Below are positions 24,582-34,435 of a stretch of 64,000 nt of DNA, one piece after another (within the stretch, counting starts at the first letter, position 1; each line of letters starts with the position of its first letter). The position numbers and the translations under genes were made by a program. The DNA is taken from assembly GCA_011772475.1 (NCBI GenBank), contig WVZK01000086.1, forward strand, positions 4,406-68,405, read 5' to 3'. This stretch comes from Candidatus Aminicenantes bacterium. Its GTDB lineage: Bacteria > Acidobacteriota > Aminicenantia > Aminicenantales > Aminicenantaceae. Below the pieces are notes generated by a model that made no database searches, was not told the origin of the DNA, and saw only the letters and a list, made by a program, of their open reading frames with translations.

Positions 24582-27500
24582 ATGAGCACGAAATGCCCTA
24601 AATGTGATTTTGATAATCCTTCTGACACAAGGTTTTGTGGAAGTTGTGGAACAAAACTCCCTCCAGAAGAAGAAGTTTCGGCTCCTCTAACTAAGACTCT
24701 TGAAACACCCATAAAAGAATTAAAGACAGGGAGCATTTTTGCTTCCAGGTACGAGGTCATTGAAGAACTGGGCAAAGGCGGCATGGGCAAGGTTTATAAA
24801 GTCCTTGATAAAGAAGTGAACGAGAAGATAGCCCTGAAGCTCTTAAATCCTGAGATTGGAGCAGATGAGAAAACGATCGATCGCTTCCGGAACGAGCTGA
24901 AGTTTGCCCGTAAGATTGGTCACAGGAACGTTTGCCGCATGTATGATCTAAGCAGAGAAGAGGGTACTCATTACATCACCATGGAGTATATTCCTGGTGA
25001 AGATTTGAAGAGTACGATAATTAGGGTGGGACAACTCAGTGTAGGGAAAGCGACTTTTATAGCTAAGCAAGTATGCGAAGGCCTGGCTGAAGCGCACAGA
25101 TTAGGCGTTGTACACCGTGATCTAAAGCCCCAGAACATAATGCTGGATAAGCAGGGTAATGCCCGGATAATGGATTTTGGAATAGCTCGCTCACTTAAAG
25201 CTAAGGGATTAACAGGCGCAGGTGTGATGATCGGAACACCCGAGTACATGTCTCCAGAGCAGGCAGAAGTGAAAGAGGTAGACCAACGTTCTGATATCTA
25301 TTCGTTGGGAGTGATCCTTTATGAAATGGTTACCGGGAGAGTGCCTTTTGAAGGAGAAACGCCTCTAAATATAGCCATGAAGCACAAGAGCGAGGCTCCT
25401 CGAAATCCAAAAGAGCTCAATTCTCAGATTCCCGAAGACTTAAGCCGGGTGATACTAAGATGCCTGGAGAAGGACAAGGAAAAAAGGTATCAAGGAGCTG
25501 AAACTATCCTTTCTGAGTTAGCCAGCATAGAAAAAGGCATGCCAACCACAGAGAGAGTGATTCCAGAGAGAAAGCCCATCACATCACGAGAAATAACAGT
25601 AACTATCGGATTAAAAAAACTTTTTATCCCAGCCTTAGTAGTTATAGGTCTGGCAGTAATTGGAATAGCTATCTGGCAGCTTATTCCCGGAAGAGAGCCA
25701 GTTAAGACTTCAGTAGCGGTGATAAACTTTGAAAACCAAACAGGGGATAAAGCTTATGATTATCTTCAAGAAGCCATCCCTAATCTTTTAATCACAAGTC
25801 TTGAGCAATCGAAATATCTGCAGGTAACGACATGGGAAAGAATGCATGATCTTCTTAAGCAAATAGGGAAGCAGGATGTGGAGATAATTGATAAGGATTT
25901 AGGCTTTGAGTTGTGTCGAATGGACGGCGTCAATGCTATTGTCCTGGGGAGTTTCGTCAAAGCCGGCGATGTATTTGCAACAGACGTTAAAGTTTTGGAT
26001 GTAGAAACCAAAGAACTTCTGAAGAGCGCCAGCTCAAAAGGCGAAGGAGTTGGGAGCATACTGGAAAGACAGATTGGTGAACTGAGCAGGGATATTTCCC
26101 GAGGTATAGGCATATCTGAGCGCAAGATAGAAGCAATTCAACCCAGGATTGCTGAGGTTACGACTAATTCGATGGATGCCTATAACTATTTCTTGAGAGG
26201 AAGAGAGGACTTTGAAAAATTCTATTATGAAGAAGCCCGCCAGTCTCTCGAGAAGGCAGTCGAGCTTGATCCCAACTTTGCTGTTGCCTATCTCTGGCTT
26301 GCGCGGTCATACTCTTCGTTAGGAGAGAGAAAGGCAAGAATTGAAGCCTGCGAGAAAGCTAAAACTCTTTCGGGGAAGGCTACGGATAAAGAGAGACTTT
26401 ATATAGAAGCAGATTATGCTAGGGTAATTGAAAGAGATCCAGAAAAAAGATTTCGTATCCTGAAAGAAATGGCCAGGAAATATCCCAAAGAGAAACGAAT
26501 TCATTACCATTTAGGTTCTTATTATGGCGGCAAAAGGATGTATGACGAAGGAATAGAAGAATACAACAAAGCACTGGAGCTTGATCCCAACTATGGATAT
26601 GCCCTTAATTCGCTGGCCTACACATACTCTGACATAGGAAATTATGAAAAGGCTATCGAGTATTTTAAGAAGTATGCCTCTGTCTCGCCCGGGGATGCCA
26701 ATCCTTTAGATTCCATGGCGGAGCTTTATTTCCGGATGGGAAGGCTTGATGAGGCGATAGCAAAATATAAAGAAACATTAGAAGTTAAGCCTGATTTTTT
26801 CCAAACATACTGGAGAGTTGGATACATCTATGCTTTAAAGCAACGTTACGATGAAGCGATGAAATGGATTGATAAGGATATTGCTGCAGCTCCATCTCTT
26901 GGAGCAAAAGGTCTGGGATATTTTTGGAAAGGTTTTTATCAATACTGGCTCGGCAATTTTGAAGTGTCGTTAAGTGGCTTTCGGAGAAACCTGGATCTTG
27001 CCGAAGCGGTTGGACAAGATGTTATGAAAGCCTGGACAGAATGGATGATAGGCTTGGTCTATTATGACAGGGGAGAGCCTGAACTGAGCCGGGAATACTT
27101 TAAAAGCTGGTTCGATTTTATAAAAGAATATAATCCATCATACATACCAGATTATACTATAGATTACAATTTCATTCTTGCTTTAGTAGACTTGAATCAA
27201 GGGCGAATCGATTCAGCAAAGTCCAGATTAGCTGAGATAAAATCACTTTTGCCTGAAATAGATCCGTCTAGTGAAGATCGGGCAGAATTTGAATATGATT
27301 TTCTCCACGGAGAAGTGTTGCTTTTAGAAGGCTCCTTAGAGAAGGCTATCGACGTACTAGTAAAAGCATCGCCTTTAGGAAAACCTCCGCGTATACAGTA
27401 TATAGGTCCCTATAACTTTCCATTTCTTAAAGATGTGCTGGCAAGAGCTTATCAACAAAAAGGAGAATTAGACAAAGCCATTGCCGAATATGAGCGGCTG

Positions 27501-27707
27501 ATTACCTTTGATCCAAACCGTGAGGAACGCTATCTTATTCATCCAAAATATTATTACAGGTTGGCCAAATTATACGAAGAGAAGGGCTGGACCGGGAAAG
27601 CTATAGAACACCACGAGAAATTTCTCCATTTCTGGAAGAATGCTGATGAAGGGCTGCCAGAATTAGTAGATGCAAAAAAACGCCTTGCCGCCCTCAAAGC
27701 CAAGTAA
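24582..27707 (+). CDS. Zinc-ribbon / Hanks-type Ser/Thr kinase / TM / periplasmic domain / TPR sensor protein
   Basis: ATG at 24582 after GGAGGG, 12 nt after the ABM stop. [55 protein letters not shown], one TM segment ([19 protein letters not shown]), [22 protein letters not shown], then multiple TPRs. Confidence 0.9.
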   Translation: MSTKCPKCDFDNPSDTRFCGSCGTKLPPEEEVSAPLTKTLETPIKELKTGSIFASRYEVIEELGKGGMGKVYKVLDKEVNEKIALKLLNPEIGADEKTIDRFRNELKFARKIGHRNVCRMYDLSREEGTHYITMEYIPGEDLKSTIIRVGQLSVGKATFIAKQVCEGLAEAHRLGVVHRDLKPQNIMLDKQGNARIMDFGIARSLKAKGLTGAGVMIGTPEYMSPEQAEVKEVDQRSDIYSLGVILYEMVTGRVPFEGETPLNIAMKHKSEAPRNPKELNSQIPEDLSRVILRCLEKDKEKRYQGAETILSELASIEKGMPTTERVIPERKPITSREITVTIGLKKLFIPALVVIGLAVIGIAIWQLIPGREPVKTSVAVINFENQTGDKAYDYLQEAIPNLLITSLEQSKYLQVTTWERMHDLLKQIGKQDVEIIDKDLGFELCRMDGVNAIVLGSFVKAGDVFATDVKVLDVETKELLKSASSKGEGVGSILERQIGELSRDISRGIGISERKIEAIQPRIAEVTTNSMDAYNYFLRGREDFEKFYYEEARQSLEKAVELDPNFAVAYLWLARSYSSLGERKARIEACEKAKTLSGKATDKERLYIEADYARVIERDPEKRFRILKEMARKYPKEKRIHYHLGSYYGGKRMYDEGIEEYNKALELDPNYGYALNSLAYTYSDIGNYEKAIEYFKKYASVSPGDANPLDSMAELYFRMGRLDEAIAKYKETLEVKPDFFQTYWRVGYIYALKQRYDEAMKWIDKDIAAAPSLGAKGLGYFWKGFYQYWLGNFEVSLSGFRRNLDLAEAVGQDVMKAWTEWMIGLVYYDRGEPELSREYFKSWFDFIKEYNPSYIPDYTIDYNFILALVDLNQGRIDSAKSRLAEIKSLLPEIDPSSEDRAEFEYDFLHGEVLLLEGSLEKAIDVLVKASPLGKPPRIQYIGPYNFPFLKDVLARAYQQKGELDKAIAEYERLITFDPNREERYLIHPKYYYRLAKLYEEKGWTGKAIEHHEKFLHFWKNADEGLPELVDAKKRLAALKAK

Positions 27708-27719
27708 AAAGGTAACATA

Positions 27720-27806
27720 AAAAGGGGACAGGCTAGTTTTTCGAAAATTTCGTAGGGGTTTGATTTATCAAACCCGCACATTAAAAAAGTAGCCTGTCCC
27801 TTTTTT
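27720..27806 (+). terminator. A-tract / 11-bp stem / T-tract terminator whose loop holds a REP-A copy
   Basis: GGGACAGGCTA (27725-27735) pairs with TAGCCTGTCCC (27790-27800), followed by T6. The 54-nt loop contains REP-A 27751-27779. Confidence 0.55.
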
Positions 27807-27946
27807 CTTAGACTTTTAGGGGCTTGATTCATCGTAGGGGCTTGATTTATCAAGCCCACCTTATTTAATATGGTTACAAATACCTGCTTTGATAAATCAA
27901 ACCCCTACAAGATAATTAGAGGGATTTGAGAAATCAAATCCCTTTA
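27751..27946. repeat. REP-A cluster 4 (forward copies 27751 and 27834, half copy 27816, reverse copy 27886-27909, variant palindrome 27919-27946)
   Basis: Read directly. 27834-27860 (forward) and 27886-27909 (reverse) form an inverted doublet with a 25-bp spacer. Confidence 0.85.
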
Positions 27947-27994
27947 GGTAAATCCAAATCGACAAACAAAAGTTGGAATGTTTAACGCCTAATT

Positions 27995-28660
27995 CTATTC
28001 AAATACCTCCTTGAAGATTTCGACAAGGTCCAACGCGTATTCAATCATGGTGAGAGGGATTCCCTTTTCTTTGGCTATGGTGTCAAACCTTCCGTCTTTG
28101 TTCCCATCTCCGGTAACAATAAGATAGTCTGCGAAAGGAGCTACAGCATCTATCATCCTTTCGTTGTCGCTCCCCGGAGCTCCTCTTTTTGAAGTTCCTC
28201 CAACATGAACGGCGATGATGAACATCTTTTTTTTCTTGCAATTATCAATGATCTTTTTCAACCGGCTCACTTCAGTTTCTACAGTAAGCCCTGATGCACC
28301 CATGCCCTTCAAGCTGGCTCCAATAGCTATAATCACCGTTTTATATGGAGTTCCTTCTGGGAACTTTTCTTTATCCGTATAGACCTCGACATGAAAGCCA
28401 GGGCCGGACTCTTTTCCTGCAAGACCGACGCCCGCATTCACGATTTCAACATCAGGCACATCGCAGTAATCGTATGCTATTCCAGCCTCTTCGAGAACGA
28501 TGTTTATCGTTGTAACATCCGGACTTTGACCAGCAGAGGTGGTGAGCACAGGCAATCTAGCTTTGGCAATTTCTGCTTCTGAAAAACCAGGCATTGTTAG
28601 ACCGAGATAAATAATTAAAAAGAGAGACAATGCTTGACCTGATATCTTTAATTTTTTCAT
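27995..28660 (-). CDS. Secreted protein of unknown function (alpha/beta-like)
   Basis: Start taken at ATG 28660 (MKKLKISGQALSLFLIIYLGLTMPGFSEA signal). VLTTSAGQSPDV, IIAIGASLKGMGASG and IIAVHVGGTSKRGAPGSD. I cannot name a characterised family. It is the last gene of the C69-C69 run. Confidence 0.6.
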   Translation of the reverse strand: MKKLKISGQALSLFLIIYLGLTMPGFSEAEIAKARLPVLTTSAGQSPDVTTINIVLEEAGIAYDYCDVPDVEIVNAGVGLAGKESGPGFHVEVYTDKEKFPEGTPYKTVIIAIGASLKGMGASGLTVETEVSRLKKIIDNCKKKKMFIIAVHVGGTSKRGAPGSDNERMIDAVAPFADYLIVTGDGNKDGRFDTIAKEKGIPLTMIEYALDLVEIFKEVFE

Positions 28661-28744
28661 TTGAAACACTATCTCCTTATGTGTATTTAACACATTTGTA
28701 TTTAATTCACTACTGCTTTGTCTTGGCGACCAGACAGTGCGAGG

Positions 28745-30517
28745 TTAATTATCTTCCTTCTTTTTTTGCGGTTCCTGTGGCACCAGCTTATCGTACTTAA
28801 CGAGCTCCCTGAGCCACCATTCAGGAAACTCTAACCTGTTCGTTTTTCTTGTTTCAACGTCATAGAGCCATAAATTATTGTATTTGACCAGCAATTGGTC
28901 GCCAAGCTCCCACCAGGCATCAATAACTCTGTTCGCGTTATTTACGCAGTAGTCGGTTAAAAATTTTCTTGCCTCGGCTGGATCCTTCTTGTAGAGCTCG
29001 TGAGCGAATTTATCCGTGGTGGCTGTCTTAGCTACTGCGCTCCCCTCCCACTTTTCCTGAGCCTTCCTGACATCCTTGATAGCATGCGAGTAGACAACCT
29101 GCGCATGGAAATCCACATAATCAAATGCCCAGCGCGCAGATTTTCTGTCGAATTTCCAGTGGTCACCAATCTTGAATGACTCCGGTATTTTCGTAATGCC
29201 GGCATAAAGAGGCATAAAACAGGATGTGTCCTGAGCGCCGAACGCAAGCCATACTATCCCTCCGATTATATTCGGCAACCATTCCCTGCACTGAGTCACG
29301 GTAACATATTCCGCCCTGTTCACGCTTATGAATCTCGTCGTATTATAGGTCAGGCCATCCAGTTCAAAAGGTCTAGGGAGGTAGTTTGGGTTCTTGAATG
29401 GTCCGCCTTGAAGACCTCTAACCGGGTCAAAAGGTGTCCCTTCACACTTGTCCCGGGTGATGCTCATCACATCCTGTACCGAAAGCTTCTTGTCAGGCTT
29501 GACCGAGAAGGGGAGTTCCATGTTAGGTGTATCCGGACTGATTTTACGGGAGGAAGCCACTATATCAAAAAAACGCCAGAGACGGACACGTGTTCCCCTT
29601 GAGCTGCTTGCACTGTATTCGCTCGGAGAGTAAGCTTTCTTCCAGTTAAAGGGCTCACCACTTTTTGGATCATAATAGCCGTTCTCTACTGCATAAGAGA
29701 TAACATTGGGGGAAGCCATGAAGTAATCCTTATTCTTGAGGTCGATTTCGCCTATCCTGGATTCATTCGGACAGACACTGACGTGGTCATCCGGCACCCT
29801 CTGGGCGCACCATATCGAGCCTGGCTTTCCGCTCTTTGGGGTCCACAACGCTCCGACGGGCATGATCTCAAAAATCCAGACCTCGTTAGGATCAGCTACG
29901 GCGAGCATCTCTCCATCGTCATGAAATCCATATCCATGCTCTTCTGTTATTTTTCCCATGAACTTGATTGCCTCTCGGGCTGTCTTGCATCTCTCTATGG
30001 CAAGAAGCGTCAACATTGAAAGGTCAATTTTGGCAGATGGAGTCTCATTTTTCATCTTATCGTGGCATCCTATGGTTGACTCTGCTATGGCCAGTTGCTG
30101 GTCATTCATGTACCCGAACATCCCATGAAGATGAGCATAGGTATGGGGCACTTGAGGGATTTCAAGACCTGTAAAGTTCTCTTTATACTTCTCCCATTTA
30201 AGACCTTCCTCTGGAGGCCACGTCTTATACTGGGAAATATGATAGATTTTACGAGTTGATCCAGGCTCATGGTCTGCTGCTGGCACGTACCGCCATGTCC
30301 AATCACAAAAGCTGCAATCACACGTATGGGTGGTCATTACCGAGCCGTCCACCGAGGCATCTTTCCCGACGATGACCACAGTACAGCCATCGTGTGGATA
30401 TTCTGCCGGTCCCGAATCACAATTTTTACATTCTGGCGTTGTTGATACCTGCGAACTTAATAAAATTCCTGCAACAAACAACATCCCCACGAATAAAAAT
30501 AATTTTTTTGAATTCAT
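28745..30517 (-). CDS. Peptidase family C69 dipeptidase (Ntn-hydrolase), secreted
   Basis: AAGGAGG SD and a signal peptide. DGCTVVIVGKDASVDGSVMTTHTCD (nucleophile Cys). Roughly 70 percent identical by eye to 30591..32354. Confidence 0.85.
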   Translation of the reverse strand: MNSKKLFLFVGMLFVAGILLSSQVSTTPECKNCDSGPAEYPHDGCTVVIVGKDASVDGSVMTTHTCDCSFCDWTWRYVPAADHEPGSTRKIYHISQYKTWPPEEGLKWEKYKENFTGLEIPQVPHTYAHLHGMFGYMNDQQLAIAESTIGCHDKMKNETPSAKIDLSMLTLLAIERCKTAREAIKFMGKITEEHGYGFHDDGEMLAVADPNEVWIFEIMPVGALWTPKSGKPGSIWCAQRVPDDHVSVCPNESRIGEIDLKNKDYFMASPNVISYAVENGYYDPKSGEPFNWKKAYSPSEYSASSSRGTRVRLWRFFDIVASSRKISPDTPNMELPFSVKPDKKLSVQDVMSITRDKCEGTPFDPVRGLQGGPFKNPNYLPRPFELDGLTYNTTRFISVNRAEYVTVTQCREWLPNIIGGIVWLAFGAQDTSCFMPLYAGITKIPESFKIGDHWKFDRKSARWAFDYVDFHAQVVYSHAIKDVRKAQEKWEGSAVAKTATTDKFAHELYKKDPAEARKFLTDYCVNNANRVIDAWWELGDQLLVKYNNLWLYDVETRKTNRLEFPEWWLRELVKYDKLVPQEPQKKKEDN

Positions 30518-30590
30518 TTTTTACCTCCTTAAATGCCCATAATTTTTTGAATTATTCACGAAAAAAAAGCTGCTATTTCATATAAATTTT

Positions 30591-32354
30591 TCACTTTTTA
30601 GCTTGTTCTTGAGGTTCCAGTTTGTGATATTTAATAACCTCTTTAAACCAAGATTCAGGATATGGCAGGTTGCTCCGCTTTCTATTTTCTGTGTCATAAA
30701 TGCTCAGGTGATTGTACTTGACCAGCAAGTGGTCGCCCAGTTTCCACCAGGCATCGATGACTTTTTCGGCGTTGTTCATGCAGTAATCAGTTAAGTATTC
30801 GGCTGCAAGCTTCGGGTTCTGCTCGTACAACTCTTTGGCCGTTATATCGATAGAAGGTACTCTTTCAATCGCCGACGTTTCCCATTCTGCCTGAGCCTTT
30901 TTAACATCTTTTAAAGCGTGAGAGTAAGCCACCAGAGTATGGAAATCAACATAATCAAATGCCCATCTTGCAGATTCTCTGTTGAACACCCAGTGATCTC
31001 CTATACTAAAGGATTCAGGGATTGCGGTTATCCCGGCATACAGGGGCATGTAACATGATGTGTCCTGCGCACCGAAGGCAAGCCAAACAATCCCTCCTAT
31101 TGGATCTGGTAACCAGTCTCTGGATTGCGTAACGGTCGTGTACTCTGCCCGGTTGACACTGATAGTTCGAGGAGTATTGTAAGTTTTGTCCTCGACTGTA
31201 ACTGGCCTGGGGTGATAGTTCGGATTGCTGAAAGGCCCTCCTCTTAGCCCTTCTGCCGGATCAAAAAGAGTCCCCTGGTATTTATCTCGTGTGATGTCTA
31301 TTACGTCATGTAAAGAAAGTTTTTTGTCTGGCTTCACTGAGAAGGGGAATTCCATGTTGGGAGTTTCAGGGCTGAAATTGCGGGAAGGAGCGACAAGGTC
31401 AAAAAAACGCCAGAGCCGAGCTCTTGTCCCTCTGCTGCTTGCGGCGCTGGCCTCAGTGGGGGAGTAGGCTTTTTTCCAGTTAAACGGCTTCCCGCATTCA
31501 GGATCATAGTACCCGTTCTCTACTGCATAGGAAATAACATTCGAAGAAGCCAAAAAATAATCCGGGTTCTTGAGGTCGATTTCTCCTATTCTGGATTCAT
31601 TAGGACAAACACTGACGTGGTCATCCGGAATCCTTTGGGCACACCACACAGTACCCGGCTTGCCGCTCTTTGGGGTCCATAAGGGGCCGACCGGCATAAT
31701 CTCGAAAATCCAGACTTCATCCGGATCAGCCACAGCGAGCATCTCACCCGAGTCGTGAAACCCATATCCGTATTTTTCAGCCAGCGATCCCATGGTCTTG
31801 ATAGCCTCCCGGGCTGTCTTGGATCTCTCCATGGCAATCAGGGTGAGGGTTGTTATGTCAAACACGCCAGATGGAGTGGCATTTTCCATCTTACGGCGAC
31901 AGCCGATTGTCGACTCAGCTATGGCCAATTGATATTCGTTCATGTAGCCGAATACGCCATGGTGATAGGCATAAGTATGAGAAACTTGAGGTATTTCAAC
32001 ACCTGTATAGTCTTGCTTGGACATATCCCATTTATTTCCCACGTCTGGCGGCCATGTCTTTATCTGTGAGATATGGTAGATTTTACGTGTCGAGCCAGGC
32101 TCATGGTCTGCTGCTGGCACATGCCGCCAGGTCCAATCACAAACACCGCAATCAGCTGTATGGGTTGTTATTACCGACCTGTCGGCAGAAGCATCTTTGC
32201 CGACCATAACTACGGTACAGCCTTCTGTAATCGGTTCCAATACGATAGATTCGTCCAGGCCAATCCCTGGGTTAATAATCATAAAGGCTATTACCGCTAA
32301 CGCCAGTGCCGAAAGAGGTAAACCAAATATTAAAAATGATTTTTTTAGATTCAC
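30591..32354 (-). CDS. Peptidase family C69 dipeptidase, tandem paralog
   Basis: GTG start after GAGGGAG, with a signal/TM segment. EGCTVVMVGKDASADRSVITTHTAD. Confidence 0.85.
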   Translation of the reverse strand: MNLKKSFLIFGLPLSALALAVIAFMIINPGIGLDESIVLEPITEGCTVVMVGKDASADRSVITTHTADCGVCDWTWRHVPAADHEPGSTRKIYHISQIKTWPPDVGNKWDMSKQDYTGVEIPQVSHTYAYHHGVFGYMNEYQLAIAESTIGCRRKMENATPSGVFDITTLTLIAMERSKTAREAIKTMGSLAEKYGYGFHDSGEMLAVADPDEVWIFEIMPVGPLWTPKSGKPGTVWCAQRIPDDHVSVCPNESRIGEIDLKNPDYFLASSNVISYAVENGYYDPECGKPFNWKKAYSPTEASAASSRGTRARLWRFFDLVAPSRNFSPETPNMEFPFSVKPDKKLSLHDVIDITRDKYQGTLFDPAEGLRGGPFSNPNYHPRPVTVEDKTYNTPRTISVNRAEYTTVTQSRDWLPDPIGGIVWLAFGAQDTSCYMPLYAGITAIPESFSIGDHWVFNRESARWAFDYVDFHTLVAYSHALKDVKKAQAEWETSAIERVPSIDITAKELYEQNPKLAAEYLTDYCMNNAEKVIDAWWKLGDHLLVKYNHLSIYDTENRKRSNLPYPESWFKEVIKYHKLEPQEQAKK

Positions 32355-32425
32355 CTTTTTACTCCCTCAAAAATTATCTTTCTTAATTTAAAATGAAATA
32401 ATTTTTCATTTATAACATGAATCGG

Positions 32426-32454
32426 GATATACTACCTCATGCCAAATTTGTCAA
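32426..32454 (-). promoter_or_regulatory. Promoter of the C69 run: TTGACA-N17-TATATC
   Basis: The reverse strand reads CTTGACAAATTTGGCATGAGGTAGTATATCC, about 70 nt upstream of the GTG at 32354. Confidence 0.45.
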
Positions 32455-32527
32455 GAAGGTTGTATCCACCGCGCGGTGATAGATGGTTATATCCTGCATT
32501 ATTCTTGAGGATGGTGATTGAAAGGAG

Positions 32528-33010
32528 TTATTTTCTTCTCTTTTTTTGTTCCTTATCTAATTCTGTCTTGGCCGCTTCGGCATTCTGATTAGCTACCTGA
32601 AGTTTCTGGAATGTTTCGAAAATTTCTCTCTGCATCTCAGCTCTGTCATACTGGTTCTCAAAGCTGAAAAATCTCTGCTGCAATTCGTTCATCCTTAAGG
32701 TTAAGAGACTAGCTCGTTCACTTGCTTTCTTCCAGTCCGCTTCAAGTCTTGCTTGTTCTTCAATATTCTCCGGCTCTATTTCTTCTTCTGGGAGTGATAA
32801 CATATCCTCGTTGAACGCAGGCTCGATAATTTCCACGGCAGCCGTTCTACCAAGGCTTCTCAGATCATCGTTGGTCACAACAACGGCTCTTTTTCCTTTA
32901 AGTTTTGCCCTTCTCTCTTTCTCCTTTTTAGCCAATTCGACTACACTTTGAGAGCAGAGAAAACTTACGAATAGCATAAACGAGAAGATTATTGTGATGA
33001 TTTTTTTCAT
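32528..33010 (-). CDS. Secreted coiled-coil protein, unknown function
   Basis: ATG at 33010 after AGAGGA. Signal peptide MKKIITIIFSFMLFVSFLCSQ. The rest is charged heptad-like sequence. Confidence 0.55.
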   Translation of the reverse strand: MKKIITIIFSFMLFVSFLCSQSVVELAKKEKERRAKLKGKRAVVVTNDDLRSLGRTAAVEIIEPAFNEDMLSLPEEEIEPENIEEQARLEADWKKASERASLLTLRMNELQQRFFSFENQYDRAEMQREIFETFQKLQVANQNAEAAKTELDKEQKKRRK

Positions 33011-33063
33011 ACCCGTCTTTCCTCTGACCATTTTATAGAATTTAATCTCTTTAGTCAATATTA

Positions 33064-34248
33064 TCAGTTAAAGTGTACAACAGCCTTATCCACTTTATCT
33101 GGATCATGATAATAATGACCGACACCGTTTTTCACTACATCTGCATAGCGTGGTACATTGCGGAGTTCGACTGCCCTTTCCGGGAATTTTCTTGAAAATT
33201 GACGTATAATCTCGAGAATAACTGAACAGTGCTGGCCGACTCTTTTTTCCATTGGCCAACCTGTCTCATCATAAGGCACAAACAATTTCCTTTTCTTTGA
33301 GAGGCTCAGCAAAAAGGGATCTTTCCCATCCAACAGAAGCTTCACAGTCTTTGGGCCGGTAGGTTGGTCTAAAAAGGGAAGAGGCGCCTCCAGAAGAAAA
33401 GGCAAAGTATCAGAATAATCTCCGATTTCTCTATGAGAAAGTCCTCGGAATCCAGATGGGGAAGGCTCAACATGGTTATCAAATTTCTCTCTGGCTTTTA
33501 CGGTAAGAGAGGTCATCGTTGCTATTCTCATAGATTTCTCGGGTGCTACGATACAGTTCGTGACCGGGAACATCGTCTCAGCTCCGTGGATGTCAATAGC
33601 GATGTCCACTTCCATCTCCCTCATGATCTGCATCGCTCCGTAGGTGACCCGCTCCATGAGAGGGCCGTTGGGCCTTCCAGGCCATGTCCTGTTTGTGTTC
33701 CTGACATCGAGAAAAGAAAGCAACTGTTTATCAGGATAATGAACATAGACATCCGGGTCCGGCCATTGGTCTAAGGGAGAAGCATCACGGTTTCCCATCC
33801 TGAATTTTTTGCTTCCCCATTCTGTGGGGATTTCATAGTAAAGCGGATAGCCGTCTCCCGGTCTAGTATTGCGCCCCGCGCTGTTGTTGAACTCGGGAAT
33901 TATGATGAGTGTTCCCTTATCGACTAGGGCGTTTTCTACAAATATGAGGGCCGTCAGGATTGCTGCTGGCTCGTTGGAATGGGTGTTAGCCATGATGAAC
34001 ATCTTCCCGCCTTTTTCTTTTCCTTCCAGGTAAAACACATTAGTGTCCGCTACAGTTTCCTTCACTCCTTCAGCATAATCGCTAAGCTTTGCAACTTTCG
34101 TTACCCCTTGTCCAGCCACTATGGGTAGCTTGAAATGCCGATGCTCATAAAGCTGCGCCCCTGCGATAATCATTAAAGTTATTATGATCAAAAGAAGTAT
34201 CGATTTTATTATCCAAACACGAGACATGTTTTTCTCCGTTTTCTGCAT
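33064..34248 (-). CDS. M14-like zinc deacylase/carboxypeptidase (succinylglutamate desuccinylase/aspartoacylase-type)
   Basis: N-terminal TM anchor. MANTHSNEPAA (HxxE) and AIDIHGAE (second His). An alternative start at ATG 34227 has the better SD (ACGGAGA). Confidence 0.6.
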   Translation of the reverse strand: MQKTEKNMSRVWIIKSILLLIIITLMIIAGAQLYEHRHFKLPIVAGQGVTKVAKLSDYAEGVKETVADTNVFYLEGKEKGGKMFIMANTHSNEPAAILTALIFVENALVDKGTLIIIPEFNNSAGRNTRPGDGYPLYYEIPTEWGSKKFRMGNRDASPLDQWPDPDVYVHYPDKQLLSFLDVRNTNRTWPGRPNGPLMERVTYGAMQIMREMEVDIAIDIHGAETMFPVTNCIVAPEKSMRIATMTSLTVKAREKFDNHVEPSPSGFRGLSHREIGDYSDTLPFLLEAPLPFLDQPTGPKTVKLLLDGKDPFLLSLSKKRKLFVPYDETGWPMEKRVGQHCSVILEIIRQFSRKFPERAVELRNVPRYADVVKNGVGHYYHDPDKVDKAVVHFN

Positions 34249-34252
34249 CGCC

Positions 34253-34396
34253 CTACTTTACACGCAAGATCCTCAAAACAAGCGGGATCATGACCAATAA
34301 ATAGAGGAGCATATCGTTTACGCTCTTTTTTTCTCTGATGAAATTCCAGACCAACATGCCTGCAATGTAAGCACAAATGATATAGTATAAAATCAT
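34253..34396 (-). CDS. Possible 47-aa two-TM micro-protein between the permease and the deacylase
   Basis: Below the ORF-track cutoff. MILYYIICAYIAGMLVWNFIREKKSVNDMLLYLLVMIPLVLRILRVK. It competes with the overlapping Cys/His/Arg-rich ORF 34209..34412. The AGGAGG is 18 nt upstream, which is a poor spacing. Confidence 0.3.
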   Translation of the reverse strand: MILYYIICAYIAGMLVWNFIREKKSVNDMLLYLLVMIPLVLRILRVK

Positions 34397-34435
34397 TATC
34401 AAAGGCATTCATAGCCTCCTAAGCTTGTTTATATT

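Noticed and set aside
27761-27772. The REP-A core TTGAT-NN-ATCAA resembles an FNR/CRP-family box.
   Set aside because: FNR-type boxes need a 4-nt centre (TTGAT-N4-ATCAA) and the REP core has 2. Copy number and positions (mostly 3' of genes) fit a structural repeat rather than an operator.
29736-29924. Conserved pair of + strand ORFs (29736..29924 and 31570..31758, both starting MRSISPILDS...) that look like a conserved small protein family.
   Set aside because: They are antisense shadows of the two paralogous C69 genes. Their similarity simply mirrors the sense-strand paralogy.
34209-34412. 67-aa Cys/His/Arg-rich ORF whose ATG is preceded by AGGAGG.
   Set aside because: The SD-to-ATG spacing is only 2 nt. 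It overlaps the next gene by 40 nt and its composition is unusual. The alternative 47-aa hydrophobic frame is reported instead, at low confidence. Neither frame is proven.
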